Shown here: in pieces, positions 46,703 to 57,000 of the stretch | Numbering within the stretch: position 1 is the first letter of the stretch | Layout of the letters: every line of letters begins with the position of its first letter | Assembly: GCA_017962745.1 (NCBI GenBank) | Contig: JAGCUR010000016.1 | Coordinates: forward strand, 18,757 to 82,756 | DNA: 64,000 nt | Origin: Bacilli bacterium | GTDB lineage: Bacteria > Bacillota_I > Bacilli_A > ML615J-28 > CAG-698 | Direction: 5' to 3' | Program-made: the position numbers and the translations under genes | Notes under the pieces: generated by a model | Databases searched by the model: none | Seen by the model: only the letters and a program-made list of their open reading frames with translations | Told to the model about the DNA's origin: nothing

Positions 46703-47395
46703 TTAAGCTGTTACTTCTGGCGCATTGTCATTATCGCCATCAATATTAGAATTTGTTTCATCTTCTTTTTCAATTTCAATTTGATCGCTCGTTGGGGCTT
46801 CTTTAGTATCTTCTACCTTCACGTTTTCGGTAATGCGCTTAGCAGCAAGTTCGTTACGGTATGAAGAATAATTCTTAATGCCACTAAATACGATAAAGCC
46901 AGCTGATAAAATCGCGAATGCTAAAATGACCCAGCCTAATGTGCTTAAAGTAAAGCCCTTGCTTGCAATACTCCAAGTACCTACTGTTAGTAAAATGATA
47001 TTTGCTAAAAATGGTAAGAAGGTTGTTACGTCTTTACGAAGTGATGTGCCTAAGAAATATACAAATCCATGTAGATATAATATACCGCCGACGATATAAC
47101 CAAATAATGCTTTCGAATCATCGATATCATTACCTTTTTTAATTGCTAAAACGATTAAAACCACGCCGGCTGCCACTTCTATTATCATTTCACCTGCATA
47201 AAACCATTTTAAGAATTTATCTTCGGTAGTCTTTACTAGAGGGATAATTCTAAATAATCCCATAAAGACAAAGATAGTACCGACTATAAAATATAAAACT
47301 ACGGGTACAAATTTACAAACTAGTCCTACTCCTATAATAATAGCAGCACCAATGAATTCAAAGAGCCATAAATATCTTTTAAATATTTGTTTCAT
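46703..47395 (-). CDS. Six-TM membrane protein (HdeD/DUF308-like) with acidic tail
   Basis: Six hydrophobic segments with G-rich patterns; coupled to the argS stop; family call tentative. Confidence 0.6.
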   Translation of the reverse strand: MKQIFKRYLWLFEFIGAAIIIGVGLVCKFVPVVLYFIVGTIFVFMGLFRIIPLVKTTEDKFLKWFYAGEMIIEVAAGVVLIVLAIKKGNDIDDSKALFGYIVGGILYLHGFVYFLGTSLRKDVTTFLPFLANIILLTVGTWSIASKGFTLSTLGWVILAFAILSAGFIVFSGIKNYSSYRNELAAKRITENVKVEDTKEAPTSDQIEIEKEDETNSNIDGDNDNAPEVTA

Positions 47396-49035
47396 TACAT
47401 CTTCTCCTTAATTCCAACCCCAATTAAACTTAGAGCATCTTTTAATACGATACCAACAGCCCTACTTACAGTTAATAGCTCGTTAGTTTTTTCTAAATCT
47501 TCACCAATTATCTTATTATCATTATAGAATGAATGGAAGGCTCCAGCTAGATTGTAAGCATAACTAGCTATCTTATGAGGTAATCTCTTAGTTGCTGCTT
47601 CTTCGATAACTTTTGGATATTGAAGAAGTAAGCCTACTAACTCTTTAATTACTTCATCAACTTTATCTAGACTAGTTGATTCCCTAAATTCTAAATTATT
47701 AGCTTCCATATTTCTAAATAAGCTACAAATTCTCGCATAAGCATATTGCACATAATATACTGGATTTTCATTTGTTTGTTTTACAATCAAATCTAAATCT
47801 AGATCCATATGACTAGATAAGGCTTTTGAAGAGAACATATAACGTAAAGCATCAACTCCAGCTTCATCGATTAAGTCTTTTAGCGTAATTGCTTTACCGC
47901 TACGCTTGCTCATCTTAATCTCTTCACCATTTTGTAAAACTCTAACCATTTGTAGAATCTCTACAATTAGTTTATCTGGATCATAACCCATATAGAAAAT
48001 AGCTGCTTTTAATCGATCTATATAGCCGTGGTGGTCAGCACCAAGAACATCAATGATTGTATCATAGCCTCTAGCTAACTTATTAGAGTGATAAGCAATA
48101 TCTGGAGTAAGATATGTTAAAGTCGAATCGCTTTTAACGATTACACGGTCTTTTTCATCGCCTCTAGCTTCAGTCTTTAACCAAATAGCACCTTCTTTAG
48201 TATAAGTATCACCATCATTAACTAATTTATCGATAGTTGCTTTTACAGCGCCACTATCGTATAAAGACTTTTCGCTAAACCAAACATCAAAGTCAACGCC
48301 AAATTCTACTAATACTTCTTTTAGATTATTAAGTAAATATTTCACCCCATAATCTCTAAAGTAATCAAACCATTCTTCATGTAAATATTTATCACCATGA
48401 AGTTTTACTAAATCCTTAGCAATCGTAATGATTTCTGGTCCATGATAATAATCATCTAATAAATTACAATCTAAGCCTAATTGTTCTTTATATCTTTCAT
48501 AAATACTATTAGCTAGATTATTAATTTGATTACCACCATCATTAACATAATATTCTCTAGTAACATCGTATCCACATTTTTTTAGGATTCTAGCCATTGA
48601 ATCACCATATGCTGCTCCTCTCGCATGACCTACATGGAGAAAACCAGTTGGGTTAGCACTAACATATTCTAAATTAATGCGTTTACCTTCCCCAATCTTA
48701 CTAGAACCAAATTTATCATTTTCTTTAATAATTTGAAAGATAACATCATTAAGATGTCCTTGATCCATAAAGAAATTAATGAAACCAGCACCAGCTACTT
48801 CAACTTTACTTAAATTATTCTTCTTAAGATCAATTTTGCTAATGATTTCATTAGCAATAACTAACGGTGCTTTTCTTAAAACTCTTGCTAATCTCATAGC
48901 AACATTTACCGAATAATCACCAAAAGAAGGATCCTTAGGAACTTCAAAGAAAATATCAATATCTTCTTCTACCCCTAAATCCTTAATTATTTCTTTCAAA
49001 TCTAATTTTAAATTGTCTAATGTTTGATTTATCAT
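47395..49035 (-). CDS. argS: Arginine--tRNA ligase
   Basis: FGDYSVN, EYVSANPTGFLHVGHARGAAYGD, GADHHGY, KMSKRSG, NPVYYVQYAYARI; start ATG 49035 (AGGTG SD) or GTG 49044. Confidence 0.97.
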   Translation of the reverse strand: MINQTLDNLKLDLKEIIKDLGVEEDIDIFFEVPKDPSFGDYSVNVAMRLARVLRKAPLVIANEIISKIDLKKNNLSKVEVAGAGFINFFMDQGHLNDVIFQIIKENDKFGSSKIGEGKRINLEYVSANPTGFLHVGHARGAAYGDSMARILKKCGYDVTREYYVNDGGNQINNLANSIYERYKEQLGLDCNLLDDYYHGPEIITIAKDLVKLHGDKYLHEEWFDYFRDYGVKYLLNNLKEVLVEFGVDFDVWFSEKSLYDSGAVKATIDKLVNDGDTYTKEGAIWLKTEARGDEKDRVIVKSDSTLTYLTPDIAYHSNKLARGYDTIIDVLGADHHGYIDRLKAAIFYMGYDPDKLIVEILQMVRVLQNGEEIKMSKRSGKAITLKDLIDEAGVDALRYMFSSKALSSHMDLDLDLIVKQTNENPVYYVQYAYARICSLFRNMEANNLEFRESTSLDKVDEVIKELVGLLLQYPKVIEEAATKRLPHKIASYAYNLAGAFHSFYNDNKIIGEDLEKTNELLTVSRAVGIVLKDALSLIGVGIKEKM

Positions 49036-49092
49036 ATTATTCACCTATGTATAGATTATACTACTAAAGCTATCTTTAATAAAGATAAAAAA

Positions 49093-49515
49093 CTACGCTC
49101 TTTCAATAATCATATCGATTAACTTACTAGGTTCAATTGCAGGAATTCCTAAATCTGCATAATCTTTTATATTTCTTGTAACTATATAATCTATTCCGCT
49201 TCTCTTTGCTCCTTCAACTAGCACTGCATCTTCATAATCATTATTGTTTGAAATAAGTGCATTAATGCAATCTTCTCCAGTTGTATCAATTATAGTTAAA
49301 AAATCATATATGACATTCAAAATATATCTAGAATCAATTTCACTATGTGAATGCTTTCTAATAATATATCTCACATCAATTGCTGACTTAGCTGAAACGT
49401 ATCCTTCAAAATCATCATCAGCAGCTAGTAATAATAGATTTTGGGCATCCTGAAAGAATGGATCCCTTTTTTGCAAGGCATCAATGATTACGCAAGTATC
49501 GATTAATACTTTCAT
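49093..49515 (-). CDS. PIN-domain (VapC-like) toxin
   Basis: VLIDTCVIID...DYEDAV...DYIVTRNIKDY acidic PIN motifs; ATGA overlap with the antitoxin gene. Confidence 0.88.
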   Translation of the reverse strand: MKVLIDTCVIIDALQKRDPFFQDAQNLLLLAADDDFEGYVSAKSAIDVRYIIRKHSHSEIDSRYILNVIYDFLTIIDTTGEDCINALISNNNDYEDAVLVEGAKRSGIDYIVTRNIKDYADLGIPAIEPSKLIDMIIERA

Positions 49516-49727
49516 ATTTTATTAATCCTTTCTTCTAAATCAGCTTCAATATCTATATCATTTGGCAAGCAGCCAAAAATTCCTTTTAACCTTTCCACTC
49601 GATCTTTATAAGGATTTGTTAGCTTACTAATTACTTTACCATTTTTAGTCACAAATACATCTTCCTCTTTAGATAAAGCAAGATATTTACTTACATTATT
49701 TTTTAGTTCTGTTGCTGTAATATTCAT
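49512..49727 (-). CDS. Phd/YefM family antitoxin
   Basis: ITATELKNNVSKYL...EDVFVTKNGKVISKL. Confidence 0.9.
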   Translation of the reverse strand: MNITATELKNNVSKYLALSKEEDVFVTKNGKVISKLTNPYKDRVERLKGIFGCLPNDIDIEADLEERINKI

Positions 49728-49748
49728 AATATTCCTCCATTCAATTTA

Positions 49749-49816
49749 ATTATATATTATAAACGTACATTTTACAAAATAAAAATGTACATTATTTTTT
49801 ATAATAATGTACATTT
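49749..49816 (-). promoter_or_regulatory. TA promoter and TGTACA operator array, overlapping the upstream terminator hairpin
   Basis: TTGTAA-17 nt-TATAAT; TGTAC(A/G) cores at ~49764, 49786 and 49808; 14-bp inverted repeat 49783-96 / 49803-16. Confidence 0.72.
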
Positions 49817-49821
49817 ATTAG

Positions 49822-50319
49822 CTATTTTTCTATCTTATAATAATAAACATAATCATCCATATAATAACCACTACCAATATCATTGCATTCACTTCTAATC
49901 TTTTTAAAACCAAGATGTTCGTAAATCATACAAGTAGGATTATGTTTATTAACATTTAATTCAATGCCACCTAGATTATTATCATTACAATAGTTAATTA
50001 AATAATCTAAAATACTTCTTAAGCATCCTTTACCCCTATTTTCTTTATTAATATATAGTTTAGATAAATATAAATCTTTACCTTTTTTATAATATGCTAT
50101 AAAGCCAATATTGATCTTATCTACATTAATAAAATAGTATTGATAATTATGATTAAGTTGATCAGTTATTCCATCAATGCTTTGAAATTTAGCTAGCATA
50201 TAATCATTTTGCACAGGACCTACTATATTATCGTAATAATCTTTTAAAATAGCGGTAGCAATGGTAGACATTTCTTCAATTTCAGTATAGTTATCTTTAT
50301 CTAGTCTAATTAATTCCAT
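49822..50319 (-). CDS. GNAT family N-acetyltransferase
   Basis: YLSKLYINKENRGKG, LNVNKHN...YEHLGF, DIGSGYYMDDY; start ATG 50319. Confidence 0.88.
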   Translation of the reverse strand: MELIRLDKDNYTEIEEMSTIATAILKDYYDNIVGPVQNDYMLAKFQSIDGITDQLNHNYQYYFINVDKINIGFIAYYKKGKDLYLSKLYINKENRGKGCLRSILDYLINYCNDNNLGGIELNVNKHNPTCMIYEHLGFKKIRSECNDIGSGYYMDDYVYYYKIEK

Positions 50320-50323
50320 ATTA

Positions 50324-52027
50324 TTACAATTTAGATTCAAATTCATCGATAACTTTACTAATCTTTTCACTAATCCATTTAACAGTTTCTTCTTCAAATG
50401 GATTATCTAAATTAGATTCTTTAAGTAATGCAAAGTAACCTTTAGTTCCACCTAGTTTGCATAAATTCATATAGCCATCAAAAGCATCGCTAAAATTATC
50501 TAATCCTTTTAAGAAGTATTGATAAGCACAAGTTTGAGCTAATGCATAATCAATATAATAGAATGGATATAAGAATATATGTTGTTTCTGCATCCAGAAA
50601 CCACCTTGACCTAAGAATTCATTGCCATCATAATCACGCCATGGCATAAATTCTTCTTCAATTTTCTTCCATGTAGCGCGGCGTTCCATTGCGCTCATCT
50701 TTGGATTTTCAAAGATAGCATGTTGGAATGCATCGACACTTACTAAATATGGAATAACTTCAATCGATTTTACTAAATGATGATAGCGATATTTATCTAC
50801 ATTTTCCCCAAAGAATTTATCCATAAATGGATATGTGAAATGTTCCATTGACATTGAATGGATTTCATTAATTTCACTAGTTGATGACATTTGATTCATT
50901 AATTCAATGTTACGTGATCCCAAATATGCTTGGAAAGCATGACCTGCCTCATGTGTCAAAACATCCACATCAGCACTAGTACCATTGAAATTAGAGAAAA
51001 TAAATGGTGCTTTATAGTTAGGTATAAATGTACAGTATCCACCTAAATGCTTACCAGGTCTAGTAGTTAAGTCAAATAATTTATGTTCACACATAAAATC
51101 GAAGAATTCACCAGTTTCTTTTGATAACTCGTGATACATTATTCTCGCTTTTTCTACAAGTTCTTCTTCGGTTCCAATTGGTGTTGCATTGCCTTCTTTA
51201 AATGTTAATTCTTCATCATACCAATGAAGTTTATCAATTTCTAAATCTTTAACTTGCTTTTCATATAATTTAGAGCATAAAGGCACAATATATTTCTTAA
51301 CTGCTTCTCTAAATTTAGCTACTTCTTCTTTAGTATAATCATATCTTCCTCTAGCAATATATGAATAATCAATAAATGAATCAAATTTTAATCTTTTAGC
51401 TTTCTTAACTCTTAAATCGATTAATTTAGTATATAGTTCATCTAAATTATCGCTAATTGAAGCATATAAATCAGCCCAAGCGATAAATGCTTCTTTTCTT
51501 TCAACGCGGTCAGTAGATTGCATATGTTTAAGCAAACCATAGAAGTTACATTCTTCACCTCTAAAGTTAGTTTTACATGCGGCAACATCTTTAGAATACT
51601 TTTGCGTTAAAGCGCCTTCTTTAATCGATAAAAGAATAATCTTAGGACTCATTACTTTTTTAGACATTTCTAAATCTTGAATAATGAACTGTCCATAATC
51701 TTTTTTTATATCTTCTTTATATTTACTCTTTAAAACTGTGTTTGCTAAGGAAAGCATTGCTAAAGAAAGTGGTGCACTTGCTTTATTAATGTATTTTTCT
51801 TCTTCATCATAGAATTTATCAGTTGTATCAATCGTATTACGAATTGATGCAATTGTGCCCATGGTAATTACTTCTTTTAAGATTTCTTCTGTATTAACAT
51901 AAGCTTTCTTAAATTCTTCATAATTAGCAGCGCTCTTCATTACCTTAACATTATTTTTTATATCTTTACTTGCTTTCTTAAAATCGGGTCTAACATATTT
52001 AATATCTTCAAACTTGCCAAATTCCAT
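50324..52027 (-). CDS. M3 family oligoendopeptidase
   Basis: GKHLGGYCT, NFNGTSADVDVLTHEAGHAFQ (HExxH), EIHSMSME, QHIFLYPFYYIDYALA. Confidence 0.93.
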   Translation of the reverse strand: MEFGKFEDIKYVRPDFKKASKDIKNNVKVMKSAANYEEFKKAYVNTEEILKEVITMGTIASIRNTIDTTDKFYDEEEKYINKASAPLSLAMLSLANTVLKSKYKEDIKKDYGQFIIQDLEMSKKVMSPKIILLSIKEGALTQKYSKDVAACKTNFRGEECNFYGLLKHMQSTDRVERKEAFIAWADLYASISDNLDELYTKLIDLRVKKAKRLKFDSFIDYSYIARGRYDYTKEEVAKFREAVKKYIVPLCSKLYEKQVKDLEIDKLHWYDEELTFKEGNATPIGTEEELVEKARIMYHELSKETGEFFDFMCEHKLFDLTTRPGKHLGGYCTFIPNYKAPFIFSNFNGTSADVDVLTHEAGHAFQAYLGSRNIELMNQMSSTSEINEIHSMSMEHFTYPFMDKFFGENVDKYRYHHLVKSIEVIPYLVSVDAFQHAIFENPKMSAMERRATWKKIEEEFMPWRDYDGNEFLGQGGFWMQKQHIFLYPFYYIDYALAQTCAYQYFLKGLDNFSDAFDGYMNLCKLGGTKGYFALLKESNLDNPFEEETVKWISEKISKVIDEFESKL

Positions 52028-52038
52028 TGTTTACCTCC

Positions 52039-53013
52039 TTAAAAATCACACTTTAATACTTTCTTTGCAAATTCAATCTTCTTTGGTAAATGTATTTCTT
52101 CAAATCCACCATGCCCATATCCCTCATATGGGTGTATTTCTTTTTCACTATTAATCTTTTTATATGCTTGATAAAAATATTTAGGTGGACACACATTATC
52201 AATTGTTCCAACTGAAGATATAACAGCTGCTTTAATTCTAGGTGCCATATTGATAACATCAAAATAGTCTTGATTTGCCATTACAACTTCTTTTAGGTCT
52301 GGATGATCGCGTAAAAAATCATCTATCACTGTATATTTACCTTCTCGATTAATAATTCTATCTTTAATTGCACAATCGCTTGGTACATCTGATAAAGATA
52401 CAGCTATTTCATAATCAGACATCGCTGAAACCATTAAAGATAAGCCACCACCTTGGCTAGGTCCCGCTACAATTAGCGGTTGATTTGCTAAAGGTGTACC
52501 ATTAATATCTTTAAATAAAGTAGGATCTTTAATAATATCTAATAATTTTAAAGCATCTTGATCTAGTCTTTTATTATAACAAGTCTCTAAATCATCAATA
52601 TTGAAGCAGGCTGATGGATAATCCATATAACGATATTTAGTATTATCGATTACTTTTCCATTTTGGAAACGCATATCGATAGCAAATACGTTAAATCATG
52701 CTGCTACTAAATTCATGCAGTGCCAATCGTTATCTGGATGATCGATATAACTCATATGTCCATGATAATATGCTACTACTGGAAGCGATGGTTCCCATCT
52801 TAAATATAGTTTGGCATAAATTTTAGCTCCATCTACTGAATCATAATAAAAACTAATGATCTTACCAAAACCATCGAGTCTCACATCTTCATTGATGATT
52901 TCAATACTATTTTTAACATCATGGACTTCTTTTAACCATTTAGCCCATCTTTCATCAAAATCAGCAGGTTTAGTTGTAGATACTTTGCATTCTAGAGTAT
53001 TTAAATCAAACAT
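52039..53013 (-). pseudogene. CE7 acetylxylan esterase / cephalosporin-C deacetylase interrupted by one in-frame TGA at 52696-52698
   Basis: The two ORFs share a frame: ...MNLVAA-TGA-FNVFAIDMRFQNG...; joined product 324 aa with PADFDERW, YHGH, GPSQGGG, YFDVINMA, DNVCPP, GYGH. Confidence 0.85.
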
Positions 53014-53017
53014 CTTT

Positions 53018-53956
53018 TTACCTATATGATTCTACAATCAATAGTTTTCCTTTCCCTACAATTTCTTCAGTTTCGGCTAGTGAAGTTACAATAAAACTTT
53101 CACCAACGCTAATTATCATATCTTCATATCTAAATAAGCCACTAGCAACTGTACATAAATAATATTTATGTTCTTTATTCATAAATCTAATTTTTCTTGG
53201 AACATTTACTAATTTAATATTGAAATATTCATTATTCCATAACTCTACATCATCTCTACTATCTAGGTAATCCGTATCATCAATGGTTAGATCATTTGGT
53301 ACTTTAATTACATCTAATGATTTATCTAAATGTAATTCTCTTAAATTACCATTTTTATCTTTTCGATTATAATCATATAATCTGTAAGTTAGATTAGATG
53401 ACTGTTGAACCTCTAGGAGGACTAAGCCTTTACCTAAAGCATGGATTGTGCCAGCTGGTACTGGTACAAAGTTACCTCGCTTCACATTATGGTATTTAAG
53501 GAATGAGAAATCGCCACTTCTTGCCATCTTTTCTAGGCTTTCTTTATCTTTTTGATTATGGCCATAAACGATTTTACCATTGTTACTATTTATAATTAAC
53601 CATGATTCAGTCTTACCTAGATCATTATCTTTTTTCGCATATTCATCATCAGGATGAACTTGCACGCTTAAATCAGCGCTTGTTGCGATCATCTTAACTA
53701 ATATTGGAAATTCATCGGAATTTGAATTTGCAAATAGTTCGTGATGCTCTTTATATAACTTATCAAGGCTAACGCCTTGGTATTTTCCATTTTTAATAAT
53801 TGATGGGAAACTACTATATCCTGATATTGTCCAGTATTCCCCATAGTCTTTATCATCTTTTGCTAGGTTTAATACATCTTTAAAATAATTGCCACCCCAA
53901 ATCATTTCTCTTAAAGGGCTATTTAAAAATATTACTTTATCATTATCTTTATTCAT
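53018..53956 (-). CDS. manA: Mannose-6-phosphate isomerase, class I (ManA/GmuF-like)
   Basis: IWGG, GEYWTIS, FPILVK, DLSVQVHPDD, GKTESW, AGTIHAL, EVQQSSNLTYRLYDY, RELHL; start ATG 53956. Confidence 0.9.
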   Translation of the reverse strand: MNKDNDKVIFLNSPLREMIWGGNYFKDVLNLAKDDKDYGEYWTISGYSSFPSIIKNGKYQGVSLDKLYKEHHELFANSNSDEFPILVKMIATSADLSVQVHPDDEYAKKDNDLGKTESWLIINSNNGKIVYGHNQKDKESLEKMARSGDFSFLKYHNVKRGNFVPVPAGTIHALGKGLVLLEVQQSSNLTYRLYDYNRKDKNGNLRELHLDKSLDVIKVPNDLTIDDTDYLDSRDDVELWNNEYFNIKLVNVPRKIRFMNKEHKYYLCTVASGLFRYEDMIISVGESFIVTSLAETEEIVGKGKLLIVESYR

Positions 53957-53983
53957 AATTTTACCTCTATTAGATATAAAAAT

Positions 53984-54033
53984 AAAAAGGATAGCATTAC
54001 CCGAAGGTAATACCATAGGTAATACTATCCTTT
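53984..54033 (-). terminator. Terminator after the giant lipoprotein gene
   Basis: aaaggatagcattacc / ggtaatactatccttt inverted repeat plus T-tract; loop holds a second ggtaatac copy. Confidence 0.7.
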
Positions 54034-54046
54034 ATATTAATTTGAA

Positions 54047-57000
54047 TTATTGAGCTAATTCGTTACCACTAAATATTACAGTTCCTTGGTAAGCAACATC
54101 ACCATGGTGAATTGTAAGATTGATAGTAGTAGTTGCAGCAAATTCTGCATTTGCAAATGTAACATAACATCTAACTGCACCATTTGCTAAATCATCAAGT
54201 TGTTGACCAACGATTGCAGGTGCTTGTCCAGAAGTTTCTGCTTCTACTGTGAATTCCGCCTTGTTTTCAGCTGTTAATCCCATGCTTGATGCATCAATCC
54301 AAATCCATGCGCCAGCACCTTCGATATGGTTACGTGCATTGCCTTCTGCTTCTAAGTTAGCTAATTGGAATGCAGCAGGGCTTGATGCAGGTGTTTCATC
54401 AACTTCTACTGTAATGCTATATAAACGCATATTCCAGCTTGCAACTTTAGTTTCGTAAACTTTAATACCAGCAAATGCAGCAGTTGGAACGATTTCAATA
54501 GTGTATTCAACAGCAGCTGTCTTGAAGCTCTTAGTAATCATTGTTCTAGTGCTTTCAATTTCGTTGCCATCTTTATCTAATAAGACAGCATATGCAGCAT
54601 GATCATCATCTAAATCTTTATTGCTACCTGTACCAATTTTAACCGTAACGATTAATTTAGCAGGAGCTTCAGCAAAATATGCTTTGCTTCCTAAGATTTG
54701 ATAACTATATTTTGTTTCTGCAGTTCCACCAGTTTGATAGTAATAATCAGAACCAGTGTTCTTAACAGACATATCAGTTGTAGCAGCACCACCAGCAACA
54801 ACAGGAGTTGAGCCATCAAATGATAGACTTGGTAATACAACAACACCAGCTTCAGTTGTTTGAACTAAGATTTGAGTAGGTCCGCCAATAACAGCAGTGT
54901 ATACGCCTTCTACAGCAGATACAGCAACGCCATTAACAGTTACTGATTCAATTTCATGACCGTTTTCTACATCAACTTTGAATGTGAATGTTGAGCCATT
55001 TGCACCAGTTTCAGCACTAATTTCTTTAACTGTAGCATGTTCGCTAGAAGTCTCAGAAACGCTAACTGTACCATTTCCAACCTTGCAAGCAGCAATTTCA
55101 GAATATTGAGTTTGTCCATCAACTTTAGTACTACTGATTTCAAGTGTTCCACTATAATTCATTAAGTAACCATGGATTAAAATTTCATCGTTAACATAAA
55201 TCTTTGTAATATCAGCACCCTTATTAGCACTAAAGATTAATAATGCAGGTTTGCCACCTAATGTACTAGCAATCTTAATATTTTGTACATATGTATTTTG
55301 ATCTGCGCCGGCATTTACAACATATCCTTTAACCCATACTTCTTGAACATCATCTGATGATCTACTCATTCTTGCAGCAATATCTAGAGCTTCTTCTACA
55401 GTTAATGGATGTTCTTGAGATGATAATTCATATGTTAAATGAAGACTACCAACATATAAATATGTGCTCTTTTGTAATGCACTCTTTGTTACGAATACTA
55501 CTTGTTTAATTTCTGCAGCATCGAAATGTAGGTTGAAATCTTCTACATCAGTAGTAGTATGGAATGCATACCATTCGCTTGAACTACCTAAGACATATAT
55601 TTCTTTACCTGCAACTGTAACAACCTTAATCTTAATGCTCATTTCAGCCTTGTCTGACCAATAGTTACCCATCTTGAAGCTTAGAGTATTTGCTAGGCCT
55701 AATGATGAACCAGTTCCATATGTGAAGCGCATTGTCATTCCATAGCCATTTGCCATGTTAGTAACAATAGCACCACCATCAGAAGTTCTAGATCTCATTT
55801 GTACATCAGTTTGTACTGTCCAGTCAGTTGTATACTTTTCAACTTTCCAGTTAGGGCTCTTATAATCAGCTTTTGGAGCAGGCATATCAGCTAATAAATC
55901 AACATTTGCAGGAGCAGCAGGAGCAGTATATCCTTCTTCTACAACAACGCCATAGATATTAATTGCAGCTTCTAATCCACCAATGAAGTATGTTCCAGGT
56001 TTATCAAGAACTGCTTCAAGAATAGTAATTTCACCAGCACCATAAGCTAATTTAGTTGCAACAGCAACGCCATCTTCACCGAAGATATGAACGTTTCTAT
56101 TTTCAGAGCTTGATGAACTATAAGCATAAACTGTAACTTTTACAGATGATGATTTTGTAACGAATTTAACAGCACCTGCTGAAGTAGTAGATTTTCCACC
56201 TAGTTTTAATCTTTGAGTGAATGAAACAGAACCAGCATTCTTATTGTTACCATCTACAACAACTTTTGTACCATTAGGAAGTACTGTGAAGAAATTGTCA
56301 ACTGTTAATGCAGCTTCAATTGTTTCTTGAGTCATAGTTGAAGCATCTAAAGTGTGCTTAGTATATGGATATGGAGCAACATGAACTGGAAGTTCTGCTT
56401 TTCCTTCATTGCCAGCAGCATCTTTAACTGTAACTGTAACTTTGTAATCACCAGCGACTAATTGGTTAAGTGTTAATCCACCTAAATCAACCATTTCTTG
56501 TGTAACTGTGATTGCTCCATCGAAATCATCATTAGCGCTCAAACCAGCTAATAGTTGAGCGAATAATGCAGATGCATCTTGACCTTCAGTTAAGTTAGCA
56601 GCAGCTAATGCTTGTAATACAGCGTCAGCAACTGTAACAACTGGAGCAGTCTTATCGATTGAAACAGTCATAGTGTTTGTAGCAGGATCATAAACAAGTT
56701 TATATTTCAAAGCTTGTCCTGGCATCCAACGAGCGCCATCGCCTGCTTCATGATATAAATATTTATTCCATGCATCGCCAAGTTTGTCAGCAGCAGTAAT
56801 AGCACCTTCGAATTTAGCATTTGTATACCATAATGCAACTTCTGAATCATCTTCAGCTACAACTACGAATGAAATTCTATTCCATGCACCTAGTTCAACT
56901 AATGCTTCGTATTTACCATCTTTTAATACAAAATCGCCTTGCTTAGCTCCATCATATTTAACTGCTTTAATTGAAGCAGGAACTGCAGGAACTGCAAAAT

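Noticed and set aside
52696-52698. TGA recoding (genetic code 4 or 25) suggested by the in-frame TGA and Mollicute-like content
   Set aside because: Trp is encoded by TGG, long genes have no internal TGA, and TGA ends genes at 11448, 13189, 23575, 26486, 31970 and 49512. The tRNA-Gly here has anticodon GCC, not UCA.
53986-54033. Riboswitch-like alternative pairing from the duplicated ggtaatac in the hairpin loop
   Set aside because: It is short, lies right after a stop codon and has no aptamer features; a terminator with a small duplication is simpler.
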